The position numbers and the translations under genes were made by a program. 23,909 bases of DNA from Candidatus Poribacteria bacterium. Lineage in GTDB: Bacteria; Poribacteria; WGA-4E; UBA9662. The notes under the pieces are model-generated. The model was not told the origin of the DNA. It saw only the letters and a list, made by a program, of their open reading frames with translations, and did not search any database. Below are positions 8,055 to 17,462 of this stretch, piece by piece. Position 1 is the first letter of the stretch. Each line of letters begins with the position of its first letter. The DNA lies in the NCBI GenBank assembly GCA_046582655.1, contig JAYGDX010000019.1, positions 1 through 23,909 of the forward strand. Reading direction: 5' to 3'.

Positions 8055-10660
8055 TATTGATCAGCCTTATGTTCTCCGCACCCGCTGAATGGAAGTCACC
8101 TAGCCACAACCGATCAAGAAATAGTCGGACATCAGCAGTTGGTCAGATTAATAACCCAAAACTATCTTGGACAGCTGATCTCAGAGGGAGGGAATATTTC
8201 TGGAGAGGTAGTTTAGTGGAGGGTGAATTTGACCTATCTCCAACAGATGATCTAACCTCGCTTTCAGCAGAATCACAGAGGTTTTGGGGATTAGTTCCAT
8301 CAAAACTCGATGTTACTGGTAACGGGTTGTTGATCGATCCTCCAACTGCGCCCGGAGCCCGATGGGGCAAATTCCTTCCCGATGTTTCTGGTCTACAAAG
8401 GATCAGTTGGACTACAACGTGGGGAAAGGATGCGCATTTTCGTCTACATAGTTTTGAAAATGGTATTGAAAATCCAACAGAAATTTGGGATATTCATTTT
8501 CAAGGTGACGTCTACTCACCACTAGTGGTAGTTATTGATCTCGATCAGGACGGCGATTTAGAAGCTGTGCTGTCAACCTGGCATGGAGTGGTTGCCTACG
8601 ACCTAATGACTGGCAGAGAAAAATATCGGTGTTCCTATCGACAAGAACATGGACGACAATACGGATTCTTTGGTGCTTACACTAATTCATCAGGTCAGGT
8701 TTATCTGGTGCCAATCGGAGATTTCGCTGGTCATGTTGGTGTGTTGACAGTTCGGAATGGTCAACTGATAAATCTGTGGTATCATACTTTTGACCCGCAA
8801 TCCACCCAAGGTATTGACCGAAGATTTACTATCAATACGGTGGGGCCGAATCCGATTGGTGACTTCAATGGGGATGGATCAGCAGAAATTTTGATCAACG
8901 TTTTCAACGAAAATGATGATAACCGGTGGCATATGATAGCTTACGACATTGAAACTGGTCAGCACAAACTTGATCTACCAGATGTTTATCTACACGGTCA
9001 TCTTGATATTGATCAGGATAGTATACCGGAACTCCTGACACAGCGCTGTTCCAATCGTTGTCTGGCAACCAACGGGGAGATTGGTCTCTATCGCTGGGAT
9101 CAGCTAATATGGTGCCAGAAAAATGCCCGCTGGTCGATAGGATCGTTACCCGAATTGCCGCTGGAACGAATTACAGGCGCGCTGCGTGGAATGGAAACCC
9201 CGATAACCGGCCGACTTGGGATCGAAGGGAAACCAACCGTGTTTTTTACGGCAGCAAACCTAAACGAATCGTTGTACGCGTTACAGATCGATGCTGAGAA
9301 TGAACCCGACATTCTATGGCGTGTTGAAGCCTCTCCGCAGGTGCGTGTATCGGTGGTTGCAGTGGCTAAAGACAAAGTGCTAATTCGAACGCAATCCGCT
9401 CACCATAAACCTGTTGGGTTAAAGGCTGACGGTCTCCAACTCCATACCGTTGCCAAACACTATATCGTTCTATCAGCACCTCAACCTTTGGTGCTAGTAG
9501 ATCAATACGGTCATCGCCAACTGGTGATTGCCGAGCCATTAGATTTCATTTCCGCTTATCAGGTCACCGCAGATCTGGATCAACCACTAAAATTAAGTTG
9601 GCGCACATCGGGGAGAGCTATGACAACACAGATGCCCCAGATGAAAGGGTTGGTCTCAGGTGATATTGATCAAGATGGAATTGACGAAATCTTGTACGTA
9701 CGAGAAATGCCAGATGGCCACAGCCGTCTGCTAGCTGTTGGCCTCGATGGGGTGGATCGGTGGCATCACGACTTTGCCGATTTCAATGGACGCGCACCCA
9801 TTTGGAACGAGTGCGGCACCACGATTTGGTCAGTTGGACATTTTATTGATCCCAATCGGCTTGACGTCATGGTATCTAACCGTAGATCGATTATGCATAG
9901 CGATGAGACAGTGGTCATCAACACCCACACTGGTATAATTGCTTGGCACAAGGATATTCTAAAAATGCCCAATCACACACGGGGTTACGGTGGTGGACGG
10001 TGCGCTATTTTTGACATGGACGGCGATGAGCTTGACGATATTGTTCTCGGGTATCCTGCTGAATACTCGGTGATTGATGGTGCCACCGGAGACCAGATTA
10101 CAACTTTAAACCTAGGCCCAGTTGAGGGAATGACACATTGGGTCATGAGTGGAACACCAATGGTAGTTAATAGTGAAATCACCCTTCTGACTCACCCATC
10201 GATGATACTTGCTTTTCAAAATAGATCTGATCAGACAAGTATTTTATGGCGTACTGAACCGGATGACGGTGTAAACGGGTTCCCGTCAATCGGTGACGTG
10301 GATGGTGATGGTCAAATCGAAATTGGGTTACCCGGTTGCAGTGATGGTTTCCGGTGCGTTGATCTTAGGACAGGTGAGATCAAATGGACTGTAACCAACT
10401 CAGGCCATCAGGTATCCAACTGCGTGACAGCAGATATCAATGGTGATGGAATCGAAGAATTTATCTACGGAAATGGAACACAACTCCGAGCCGTTGCCAA
10501 ACGACCGGATCAAGAATCACCAATCATTTGGCAAATTGATTTGCCAAGTACAGTAGATCACCTTGTGGTAGCAGACGTAGACGGGGATGCTGTATCTGAG
10601 ATTTTAGTCGGTGCAGGTGACGGAAAACTCTACTGCATCAAGCAAGACGCTTCAAGATAA
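8030..10660 (+). CDS. FG-GAP/VCBS repeat beta-propeller protein
   Basis: 876 aa with about eight Dx[DN]xD[G] loops: DLDQDG, DFNGDG, DIDQDS, DIDQDG, DMDGDE, DVDGDG, DINGDG, DVDGDA. Ends in ILVGAGDGKLYCI. True start may be the second ATG at 8045. Confidence 0.88.
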   Translation: MTTIKMTTILISLMFSAPAEWKSPSHNRSRNSRTSAVGQINNPKLSWTADLRGREYFWRGSLVEGEFDLSPTDDLTSLSAESQRFWGLVPSKLDVTGNGLLIDPPTAPGARWGKFLPDVSGLQRISWTTTWGKDAHFRLHSFENGIENPTEIWDIHFQGDVYSPLVVVIDLDQDGDLEAVLSTWHGVVAYDLMTGREKYRCSYRQEHGRQYGFFGAYTNSSGQVYLVPIGDFAGHVGVLTVRNGQLINLWYHTFDPQSTQGIDRRFTINTVGPNPIGDFNGDGSAEILINVFNENDDNRWHMIAYDIETGQHKLDLPDVYLHGHLDIDQDSIPELLTQRCSNRCLATNGEIGLYRWDQLIWCQKNARWSIGSLPELPLERITGALRGMETPITGRLGIEGKPTVFFTAANLNESLYALQIDAENEPDILWRVEASPQVRVSVVAVAKDKVLIRTQSAHHKPVGLKADGLQLHTVAKHYIVLSAPQPLVLVDQYGHRQLVIAEPLDFISAYQVTADLDQPLKLSWRTSGRAMTTQMPQMKGLVSGDIDQDGIDEILYVREMPDGHSRLLAVGLDGVDRWHHDFADFNGRAPIWNECGTTIWSVGHFIDPNRLDVMVSNRRSIMHSDETVVINTHTGIIAWHKDILKMPNHTRGYGGGRCAIFDMDGDELDDIVLGYPAEYSVIDGATGDQITTLNLGPVEGMTHWVMSGTPMVVNSEITLLTHPSMILAFQNRSDQTSILWRTEPDDGVNGFPSIGDVDGDGQIEIGLPGCSDGFRCVDLRTGEIKWTVTNSGHQVSNCVTADINGDGIEEFIYGNGTQLRAVAKRPDQESPIIWQIDLPSTVDHLVVADVDGDAVSEILVGAGDGKLYCIKQDASR

Positions 10661-10682
10661 TCAAAATTATCTTGAAGCGTCT
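10645..10682. terminator. 17-bp perfect stem-loop (terminator or mRNA-stabilising hairpin)
   Basis: AGACGCTTCAAGATAAT-caaa-ATTATCTTGAAGCGTCT overlaps the FG-GAP stop codon. No clear U-tract follows. Confidence 0.5.
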
Positions 10683-10702
10683 AATTTACATTATTAAGTA
10701 AG

Positions 10703-12565
10703 ATGACTGCTCAAAAAACAGACGATATTTTAGGAACTTATCGACGTCTACCGGTAGAGAATCCTTGGCACATTGGAACCATATCTTACAAAAATGATTC
10801 CGAAAAGGTTCTGCAATGGACCAACAAAGCAGGCGTAAGTTGGGATATCTTTGCCGACTTCGACCAGAACATTCTTAAAACTGGTGATGACAATCCCTAC
10901 TTTGATAGTGGCTTGAGAGAATTCAAACTGAAAAACAGAGGTGGTGAAGTAACTGGATTTACATTTGGATCCGACTTTTTTTCCCGTCAATATTTCGAGA
11001 GTCTATCTCAGTCAAGTGAGGGATTAAAAGGTTATATTTCCATGCATGTGCCTTCACCACCGGAAGGTTTTGGCTATGGCGTAAGTTTTTACTCCAGTAT
11101 CTGGTCGCTAATTGACACTCCCCTGACCTCGTTCCAGATTGGCTTGCCCTCAACATGGATAATCCCCGATAATCGAGATTTCACCAAACCGCTTTGCCCA
11201 CCTGGAACCATTGCCAGAGACAACTGGCCAGAACGAGGTCCCTATTATCGTGACGTGTTCCAAACTATTGAAGGTGGATTAGGCTATTGGGTCAGCACCC
11301 AATTTGGGTCTGCGCGGCCAAAATACCGTATGAATGGCACGCCTAATGGCTATAATCATGAAATATCTTCTCCTGGATGGGGATTCGGGAAGGTGAAGGC
11401 CTTAAGTGGAGAGAAAGTTGGCATTGCTCAGCTAACTAACTGCCTACTGATTCCCCCGGACGGCATAATTTTCAGGGATGGTTCGGACGGGAATATCCTA
11501 GGAACTGCATGGATGGCGCTGCCGGTGACACCTAAAAAAGAAGGTCCTCCTGCTCCAACCGGCGATATGTGTTGGACATTATTCCTCAATTCATCCAGTT
11601 TCAAAGGCGCAGTCGCATTCTGGATTCCGGAAACATGGAGCCGGCTCTCGAGAGAATATGACACTATTATCGGACGCGGACTTGATAACAGACCAGGGGT
11701 TATGAACAGCGGAGCTATGGAGATAAATACGGTCCCTTATTTTGACAGCGAAGACGCTATGGGCAATAAGTATACCAGAATTCCCCGATTCAAGTTTCCT
11801 GTTAATCAGGACGGAATCACCACTCTTATGCAGGATGTGACCATGTATTCCAAAGAATCCATTTATCAACAAGTCAAGGCTTGGGCAAAAGGTGCCCAGC
11901 CTCCCAAAGGCAGTTTTGGGATTGATGACAAATCATTGTGGAAACCTGTTATCAAAAGCAACGCCATCTCATTGAAGCAGGGCCCCAAAAATCTGCCCTT
12001 GTTGGAGTTGGATAAAATTTTGCGGACAACGATCTTCAGAACAAATGAATCGCACTCTTTTGGTTTGGAGTGGATTGATGAGAATACGGGAGGTCTCTTC
12101 CCTGAATATTTTAAACAAGAAGGAGAAGCGATGGTGCCTGTTTCCGTTGATGAAGTTCCTGAGGAAACAAAGCTTGTACCTCAGAAATTCATGACATACG
12201 AGTCTAACCACGCTTACCTACCTCCTCATCCTCAGGAACAAAACGATCACTGGAGCGTACCGGGTCCTTGTCTTGGCCCCTTCAAAGCTATGTTGTCCGA
12301 TAGTTCAGAAGTGACTTATTCATGGTACCGTTTTGTCGATCAACCTGCGTTTCAACATTTGAATTGGAGTCAGAGTGAGAAAAAAGACTTACAGAAACTA
12401 GTGGAAGAAATGCATGCCAAATGGACACCTGAAAAAGAGTATATACCGCCACCTGAAAGCGGGAGATTAGTAGAAATAGATCCAGCTCTTATACTTAAAC
12501 CACCCAAAGGCTTGGAAATTGGTTATGTTCCAATCGTTTTGAAACAGATGGCATCAAAGTGTTGA
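10703..12565 (+). CDS. Hypothetical protein, 620 aa, family not recognised
   Basis: Long uninterrupted ORF rich in Trp, Gly and Pro (FQIGLPSTWI, FQTIEGGLGYW, PGWGF, YSWYRFVDQP). No signal peptide or catalytic motif I can name. Confidence 0.85.
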   Translation: MTAQKTDDILGTYRRLPVENPWHIGTISYKNDSEKVLQWTNKAGVSWDIFADFDQNILKTGDDNPYFDSGLREFKLKNRGGEVTGFTFGSDFFSRQYFESLSQSSEGLKGYISMHVPSPPEGFGYGVSFYSSIWSLIDTPLTSFQIGLPSTWIIPDNRDFTKPLCPPGTIARDNWPERGPYYRDVFQTIEGGLGYWVSTQFGSARPKYRMNGTPNGYNHEISSPGWGFGKVKALSGEKVGIAQLTNCLLIPPDGIIFRDGSDGNILGTAWMALPVTPKKEGPPAPTGDMCWTLFLNSSSFKGAVAFWIPETWSRLSREYDTIIGRGLDNRPGVMNSGAMEINTVPYFDSEDAMGNKYTRIPRFKFPVNQDGITTLMQDVTMYSKESIYQQVKAWAKGAQPPKGSFGIDDKSLWKPVIKSNAISLKQGPKNLPLLELDKILRTTIFRTNESHSFGLEWIDENTGGLFPEYFKQEGEAMVPVSVDEVPEETKLVPQKFMTYESNHAYLPPHPQEQNDHWSVPGPCLGPFKAMLSDSSEVTYSWYRFVDQPAFQHLNWSQSEKKDLQKLVEEMHAKWTPEKEYIPPPESGRLVEIDPALILKPPKGLEIGYVPIVLKQMASKC

Positions 12566-12763
12566 TTAAACAAATATCTAGCCCCTCTGGAATAAATCAA
12601 GTTGCAATGGGGCAGCAGGACAAATCAGTATCATCATTAAGTTCTAGCTTTCATCGGAATTAAGAAATCCTCAGAGTATCACTTGGCTGGATGGCAAAGA
12701 TTATGCGCCTGAAGTTCCATCACGATCACAAAAAGCTGGAATAGAAATATAGTTTATCAACCG

Positions 12764-13421
12764 ATGCCTCCAATCCAGGTAGTTGAGGGGCAGTTCTTGG
12801 AACAAATAATATCAGGCGAATACTACTACGACTTTGAAACAATCCCTCTAGATGTAAACAGCGACGGTCGAAGGTTTTTCGTCACCGGCGGATGGTTCGG
12901 TACCATCATCCTCTGGCACGAAAAACCTGGCAACCCAACAGGGAATGGACAGGGCACATCATAGCTGAATGCGGCAACTTGGAAACTACCCGCGCATGGG
13001 ATGTTGACGGCAACGGTCAGCTCGAGATCGTTCCCAACATCCCGCCCCGTTACTGGTGGACGACAAACTGATGACCAATGAGAATAGCAAAGGCACCGGC
13101 AAATTTGCCGCTCAAAACTATAGTAAGAACCAAGGACACGGTCTGGGCTTTGTCGACATGGATCTCTATTGCTTCAAGTGGAACGGAGGGTCTTTCACGA
13201 AATAGGTGATTGGCTACAGTCCCACGGGTGTTACCTCCAACTGTGGTATTTTCTTTCACATTGTTGATCTCAGCGGAAACGGGATACTCGATATCGTCGC
13301 TCCCGGTAAAGATGGTCTCTTTGTTTTTGAGAATCTTGGACAGAACTGGGATGCAAGAGACGAGTCGATTGGCGCCCAACCTTTCTATCTCAGGCTACCC
13401 CTTCTGGATGGCGGGATGTGA
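12764..13421 (+). pseudogene. Fragmented FG-GAP/VCBS repeat gene
   Basis: Pieces in different frames: LDVNSDGRRFFVTGGWF, IAECGNLETTRAWDVDGNGQLEIVPN, GHGLGFVD, VDLSGNGILDIVAPGKDGLFVFENLG. Confidence 0.8.
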
Positions 13422-13759
13422 TGCGGTGTTACACTGTTTTGGAAACTGTGCTTTTCCGCTTGAAAATTATCTGATGCTGCCTGTACCGCCGTACCAAATC
13501 GTGCGCATGGCACCCCAAAATGAAGGCTCACTGTGTAGTAAGTCAGATTCTCAGTGGAAGGCTTTATCCCAAGAGCGATAGGGTATTCTGTGGTAAGGCG
13601 CTGGTTTGGGCCAATACCTGATACTTAACTAGGTTGGCTGGATCGTGAGGCTTCAAGTGAGATATATAACACCGATATGAATGCATCTTAGTTTTTTTTA
13701 CTAAAGAGATCGGTTGTTCGACCTTATTCACTATGAACCGAAAAGAGGGATTCATGTCC

Positions 13760-13819
13760 ACCTAATATTAAAGCTCAGCGGTGCTGCTTATCGGCATCAG
13801 CTGCAGTAACTGGTTCGAT
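13760..13819 (-). mobile_element. Integron attC-like recombination site, partly degenerate
   Basis: Minus strand: R'' ATCGAAC, 5 bp, L'' ACTGCAGC, TGATGCCG-ATAAG-CAGCACC, L' GCTGAGC, 6 bp, R' ATTAGGT. It is 60 bp long, begins 1 nt after the hydratase stop, and an ATG follows 4 nt after R'. Confidence 0.7.
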
Positions 13820-13820
13820 T

Positions 13821-14600
13821 TTAATTCTTGAATTTGACGACCAAATTGCCCAAGAGATCAATTTCAACTTTCAGGTCAATGCTAGTTGATATAGTAACTA
13901 ATTCAACAGGAGAGCCAGGAATGACAAAGCTATCTTTTTTGAGACACATCCCTCTTTGGGTAAGAAACTTTATCAACCACCGCAAAGAATGCAATGGCCC
14001 TCCCATAATTTCTGAAGCAGGAGCTTTGGTGACCAGAACTCCATCTTTGTAAACACGAAAAACTTCATTTTGGAAAGACAACTTTTTTGGAGAAACTTTT
14101 TTGTTCCCAATTACAAGACCTGCGTGAATTCCTCCAGAACATATTAGTTCCTGAGAAGAAGGTGGGGAATACCAAAATTTAAAGTTATGAATCTCGATGC
14201 CAGGACTAACATATTCTATAGCATTAATAAGCTGATCATCCGATAGAGATTCGCCTCTAAGGTCCATACCAATCTTTAACACCATTTCTGGTTCAATAGC
14301 ACAATTGACATAGTCTTTCCAATTTAGTTGCTCCCCTTCTACATGTATATGAGGTGCAAAAAGTCTTCCAATGATTGGTTCTTGCAAACCAAATTGAGAA
14401 TGTATTGCATGGCTTGTACATCCAACTTTAAAACCAACTTCCTCTTCTCCATTCTCAATTCGCATCTTTGCTACTAAGTCTTGAACTTGATAGGCTTCGG
14501 AGATATCTAGATTAGAAATATGAGGTGAAAACTCACTAACCCATTCCTTTTCATAAAAAGCTTCAAAGAATTTCTTAGCTAATAAATTGATCAAATTCAT
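13821..14600 (-). CDS. 2-keto-4-pentenoate hydratase-like protein (FAH/MhpD family)
   Basis: AYQVQ, GFKVGCTS, QFGLQEPIIG, IEPE, PGIEI, MGGPLHSLRWL, PGS. AT-rich: 18 of 60 bases G+C at 14041-14100. Confidence 0.88.
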   Translation of the reverse strand: MNLINLLAKKFFEAFYEKEWVSEFSPHISNLDISEAYQVQDLVAKMRIENGEEEVGFKVGCTSHAIHSQFGLQEPIIGRLFAPHIHVEGEQLNWKDYVNCAIEPEMVLKIGMDLRGESLSDDQLINAIEYVSPGIEIHNFKFWYSPPSSQELICSGGIHAGLVIGNKKVSPKKLSFQNEVFRVYKDGVLVTKAPASEIMGGPLHSLRWLIKFLTQRGMCLKKDSFVIPGSPVELVTISTSIDLKVEIDLLGNLVVKFKN

Positions 14601-14672
14601 TTTTTAATTGGACGAAAAAGATACATGCTGGATAAAGGCACCGTCTTCTCCAGCAATTAGCTCTGGGACAAT

Positions 14673-14794
14673 AGACCTTTTGCATAAGTAGTAAAACTCA
14701 TCAGAATTCTATAGCTGAGAGGTGCCTAAATTCATTGAATACGCGGGCTCAAAAATCTCCAAACTTCTATTTCTTTGACTTATGCAAGAGGTCT
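14673..14794. mobile_element. 122-bp MITE with 17-bp TIRs and 3-bp target duplication
   Basis: Left AGACCTTTTGCATAAGT (14673-14689) and right ACTTATGCAAGAGGTCT (14778-14794) match inverted at 16/17. AAT flanks both sides (14670-14672, 14795-14797). No coding capacity. Confidence 0.8.
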
Positions 14795-14923
14795 AATGAG
14801 TTTCTCTTTTCCTCATCGGTTGTTTCCCCTACTTCCTAATGGCTGATTAGGAGAACGGTGTTTGAATAACACCATATGTGACCTTCAGTAGGGGTAAATC
14901 AATCATACAGCACATCAGCAGAA

Positions 14924-15136
14924 TCAGTTCAAATCCAAAACCCTATATTGTGGATTGAGTTGGTCAACTGTCTTGCCTTGGTTGATAAAATGGCGCGGTG
15001 CGTCTAGGTGAGTAGTGGCGTGTGAGTATAAATGTAGGGTTCGGCTGTTCCAGCCTTGATCTTGAATCGTTGTTGCTGTTTCAAAATCAACCCCTCGCAT
15101 TCCTTGTTTGAAGGGTAAACTGAGATCGATAATCAT
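14924..15136 (-). pseudogene. Truncated cyclase / kynurenine formamidase-like gene (N-terminus only)
   Basis: MIIDLSLPF...HATTHLDAPRHF...GKTVDQL carries the HxxTHxDAPxHF metal motif but stops at 70 aa. Confidence 0.85.
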
Positions 15137-15375
15137 GCTAGTCTCACGATTTCGTTCGGATTTGAAAGATATAATTATCAGTCATAAAAAACTCACTAAC
15201 TTAGCTAATAGTATCGGTGATTTTTTAACTAAACTTGAGTTTGTTTTTTCTCTAATGGTGGATTTATATGAGTTTACAACCGATATAAGTGCAAAGAACC
15301 AAAGTGTTAAGCAGCCGAATGGTTTGGCGGCTATTTTCTGATAAGTCAGCATTGTGGTTTTCCCTGGTTGCAATT

Positions 15376-15632
15376 TTACCCCCATTCATCCTTATTTCCG
15401 ATAAAGTCTATTACAGCAGTAAAATGGGATTGAAAATTATCAGGTTTATCAAAACTAGTGTTCCTTCCATCGATGTAATATAGTTGATTATGAACAACAA
15501 CAGCATGAAAATAATCCCGGAGGTTCGGAGCATCTGGAGGTATAAACCAGGATCTAGTTTCCGGATCATATTTGTTTATCCCATTGATATGGCCGTAGGT
15601 AATTCCACCAACTGCATAATTTTTCCATCATT
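15376..15632 (-). pseudogene. Kelch-repeat protein fragment
   Basis: DGKI / (frameshift) YAVGGITYGHINGINKYDPETRSWFIPPDAPNLRDYFHAVVVHNQLYYIDGRNTS, i.e. the Kelch GG...YDP...W...R pattern. Not in the ORF track. Confidence 0.75.
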
Positions 15633-15864
15633 CTGACATAAACGCATTCCAACTATTGCCCGTTTTTAACATTTTGCATCGAGAAATAGATTTTTTTGTT
15701 TTGGGCGGTGGCACTTTTTCGCAATGACCTATTCTTCTTCTAAATTTGAAAAACAACACCCTAAAGTTGCTTGAGAATCAAGCGAAAAACGCTCCACTAA
15801 ACTAGGCAACTCTCAGCTTTCCAATATTGTTCCCTTGACTTTAATTGGAATAGGTGGCTTTAAA

Positions 15865-17118
15865 TCAATTGTTCTCTCTTTCCAGAACTTCCCCAGAATG
15901 AAGATGAATTACAGCTCTCCATTTTTCTATGTTAGTCATTTCAACACCTTCTTGAATCCAGGTCTCTTTGTGATTTACATAATAGGGCTCTTCATAAGCA
16001 ATATCAAAAAATTCACCATTTCTATAAAATTCAACACAGTCAATTTTTTCAGGATATAAGCTAGCTAATCTGATCCAACGCTTATTTTCATAGGTGTAAT
16101 TTTCTTCAAAACCTTGCAAGTAAAATTGCGCCTCGAATGATATTTCTGGCACTTTAATTCCCAAGCCGTCTGCCATGCGCCAGGCGAAGAAATAATCCTC
16201 CCCTTCTGTTATTGACCAGTCAGCTGGTGGTTCCTGTTTAGTGTGGGTATTGTAATAGCCCCAGGAAGTTCCCGTTTGATAGGCCACCTTTAATTGAGTA
16301 AACCGCGGGGAATCTTCGTTGCAGACAATGGGTTTATTTAAGCTTAAGGCTTTAACATCACGGATCATGTTGTAATAGGACTGTTCTGTCCCAGCATTTC
16401 CATGAACCAAAATAATATCACTTGCCTCACACACTTCACGGTAGAACCTAATTCCGCCACTTGATGCTCCTACAAGCATCCCACCAGATTCTTTTTTTGC
16501 TAAATTAATAAGACTTGCGATACCATCTGGGTAAAATACAAGGGGATGATTTTTGAATTGTCCAACATCATGCTCATTGGCAACTTCTATTAATACATTT
16601 TTATAGGCATTGTCCCTTAAAAAATTACAAGCACTCTTTACAGCATTTCGAATACAACGACCATCCTTCATTCTCGTGCTTTGCCCCTGATACAATAAAC
16701 TCACAATAACAACCATTCCAAGTTCATCGGCACTAGTAATTAACGTATCCAAACGTTTTAAATGAGAAGGGTTAATGCGTGTGCCATCTTCACTATAGGG
16801 ATTATTATCAATGGTGCTATTTGGAATTGTTAGAACTGGCATTCCACCCTGTAACCCTACGGTAAAAGCTAAAAGACCATATTTTTTCCATTCAGGAAGA
16901 GCCTTAATCAAACGAGCTGTATTTTCATCAGGATCCCAGGAAATCCCAAAACGGGAAAAGCGACTGACATCTGCTTTATCATCAAAAATCCCCTGAACAA
17001 AGCGCGCATTCATTAAAAGTCCATGATTTTTTGCTTTTGTCCCAGAAATATCACTGTATGTTAGTTTTCCATTGATAGTGATTTTCGCACCAGTAATTCC
17101 AAGTATTGCTTCGCTCAT
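15865..17118 (-). CDS. Putative clan GH-A-like (GH5-like TIM barrel) glycoside hydrolase
   Basis: 417 aa with RBS GGAGA. RLDTLITSADELGMVVIVSL, NVLIEVANEHD (NE acid/base-like), LVHGN, KPIVCNED (nucleophile-like Glu). The ORF is secure; the function is inferred. Confidence 0.65.
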   Translation of the reverse strand: MSEAILGITGAKITINGKLTYSDISGTKAKNHGLLMNARFVQGIFDDKADVSRFSRFGISWDPDENTARLIKALPEWKKYGLLAFTVGLQGGMPVLTIPNSTIDNNPYSEDGTRINPSHLKRLDTLITSADELGMVVIVSLLYQGQSTRMKDGRCIRNAVKSACNFLRDNAYKNVLIEVANEHDVGQFKNHPLVFYPDGIASLINLAKKESGGMLVGASSGGIRFYREVCEASDIILVHGNAGTEQSYYNMIRDVKALSLNKPIVCNEDSPRFTQLKVAYQTGTSWGYYNTHTKQEPPADWSITEGEDYFFAWRMADGLGIKVPEISFEAQFYLQGFEENYTYENKRWIRLASLYPEKIDCVEFYRNGEFFDIAYEEPYYVNHKETWIQEGVEMTNIEKWRAVIHLHSGEVLERENN

Positions 17119-17169
17119 ATATTCTCCGATTTTTCAGCATAATAAAGTGGTTTCGGTATTGACTGTTAT

Positions 17170-17280
17170 ATGTCCCTCCGGCACAATCGCGAAGCAATGA
17201 CCCTGAATATCGCCGTTTATTATGGAATGGTCAGCTTGGACAAATACATAGGCCTGATTGTTGACAAACTCGACACATTG
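17170..17280 (+). pseudogene. Internal sulfatase fragment
   Basis: NIAVYYGMVSLDKYIGLIVDKLDTL matches the sulfatase helix that precedes the xDHG motif (compare ANYLGMLRMIDDQVKRLVEFLQDK in 3867..5363). It breaks off at 17280. Confidence 0.7.
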
Positions 17281-17400
17281 CCGGTGCCTAAATCACGTTT
17301 TTCGACTAGGCGGATTCACATTTGTCCAGGTGTTTTTCTAACCAGAACTTGAAGGGCATTACTACCGTAACCAAGTAGCAGGCTATGCACCGGAAGGCAT

Positions 17401-17436
17401 AAAAAAGGTTTAGGAGATCGCTCTCCCGAACCTTTT
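17401..17436 (-). terminator. Rho-independent terminator, possibly bidirectional
   Basis: AAAAGGTT-ta-GGAGA-tcgc-TCTCC-cg-AACCTTTT, with six Ts following on the minus strand, just downstream of the TAG at 17463-17465. Confidence 0.75.
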
Positions 17437-17462
17437 ATCAACGACTTTAATCTAGCAACTGG

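Noticed and set aside
13564..13761. 65-aa ORF as an intact second cassette gene
   Set aside because: The ATG position fits a cassette start, but the peptide is unrecognisable and no downstream attC is visible. Kept only as context for the attC finding.
14611..14662. Hairpin GCTGGA...TCCAGC upstream of the hydratase as a preceding attC
   Set aside because: No AAC/GTT cores or correct L-box spacing.
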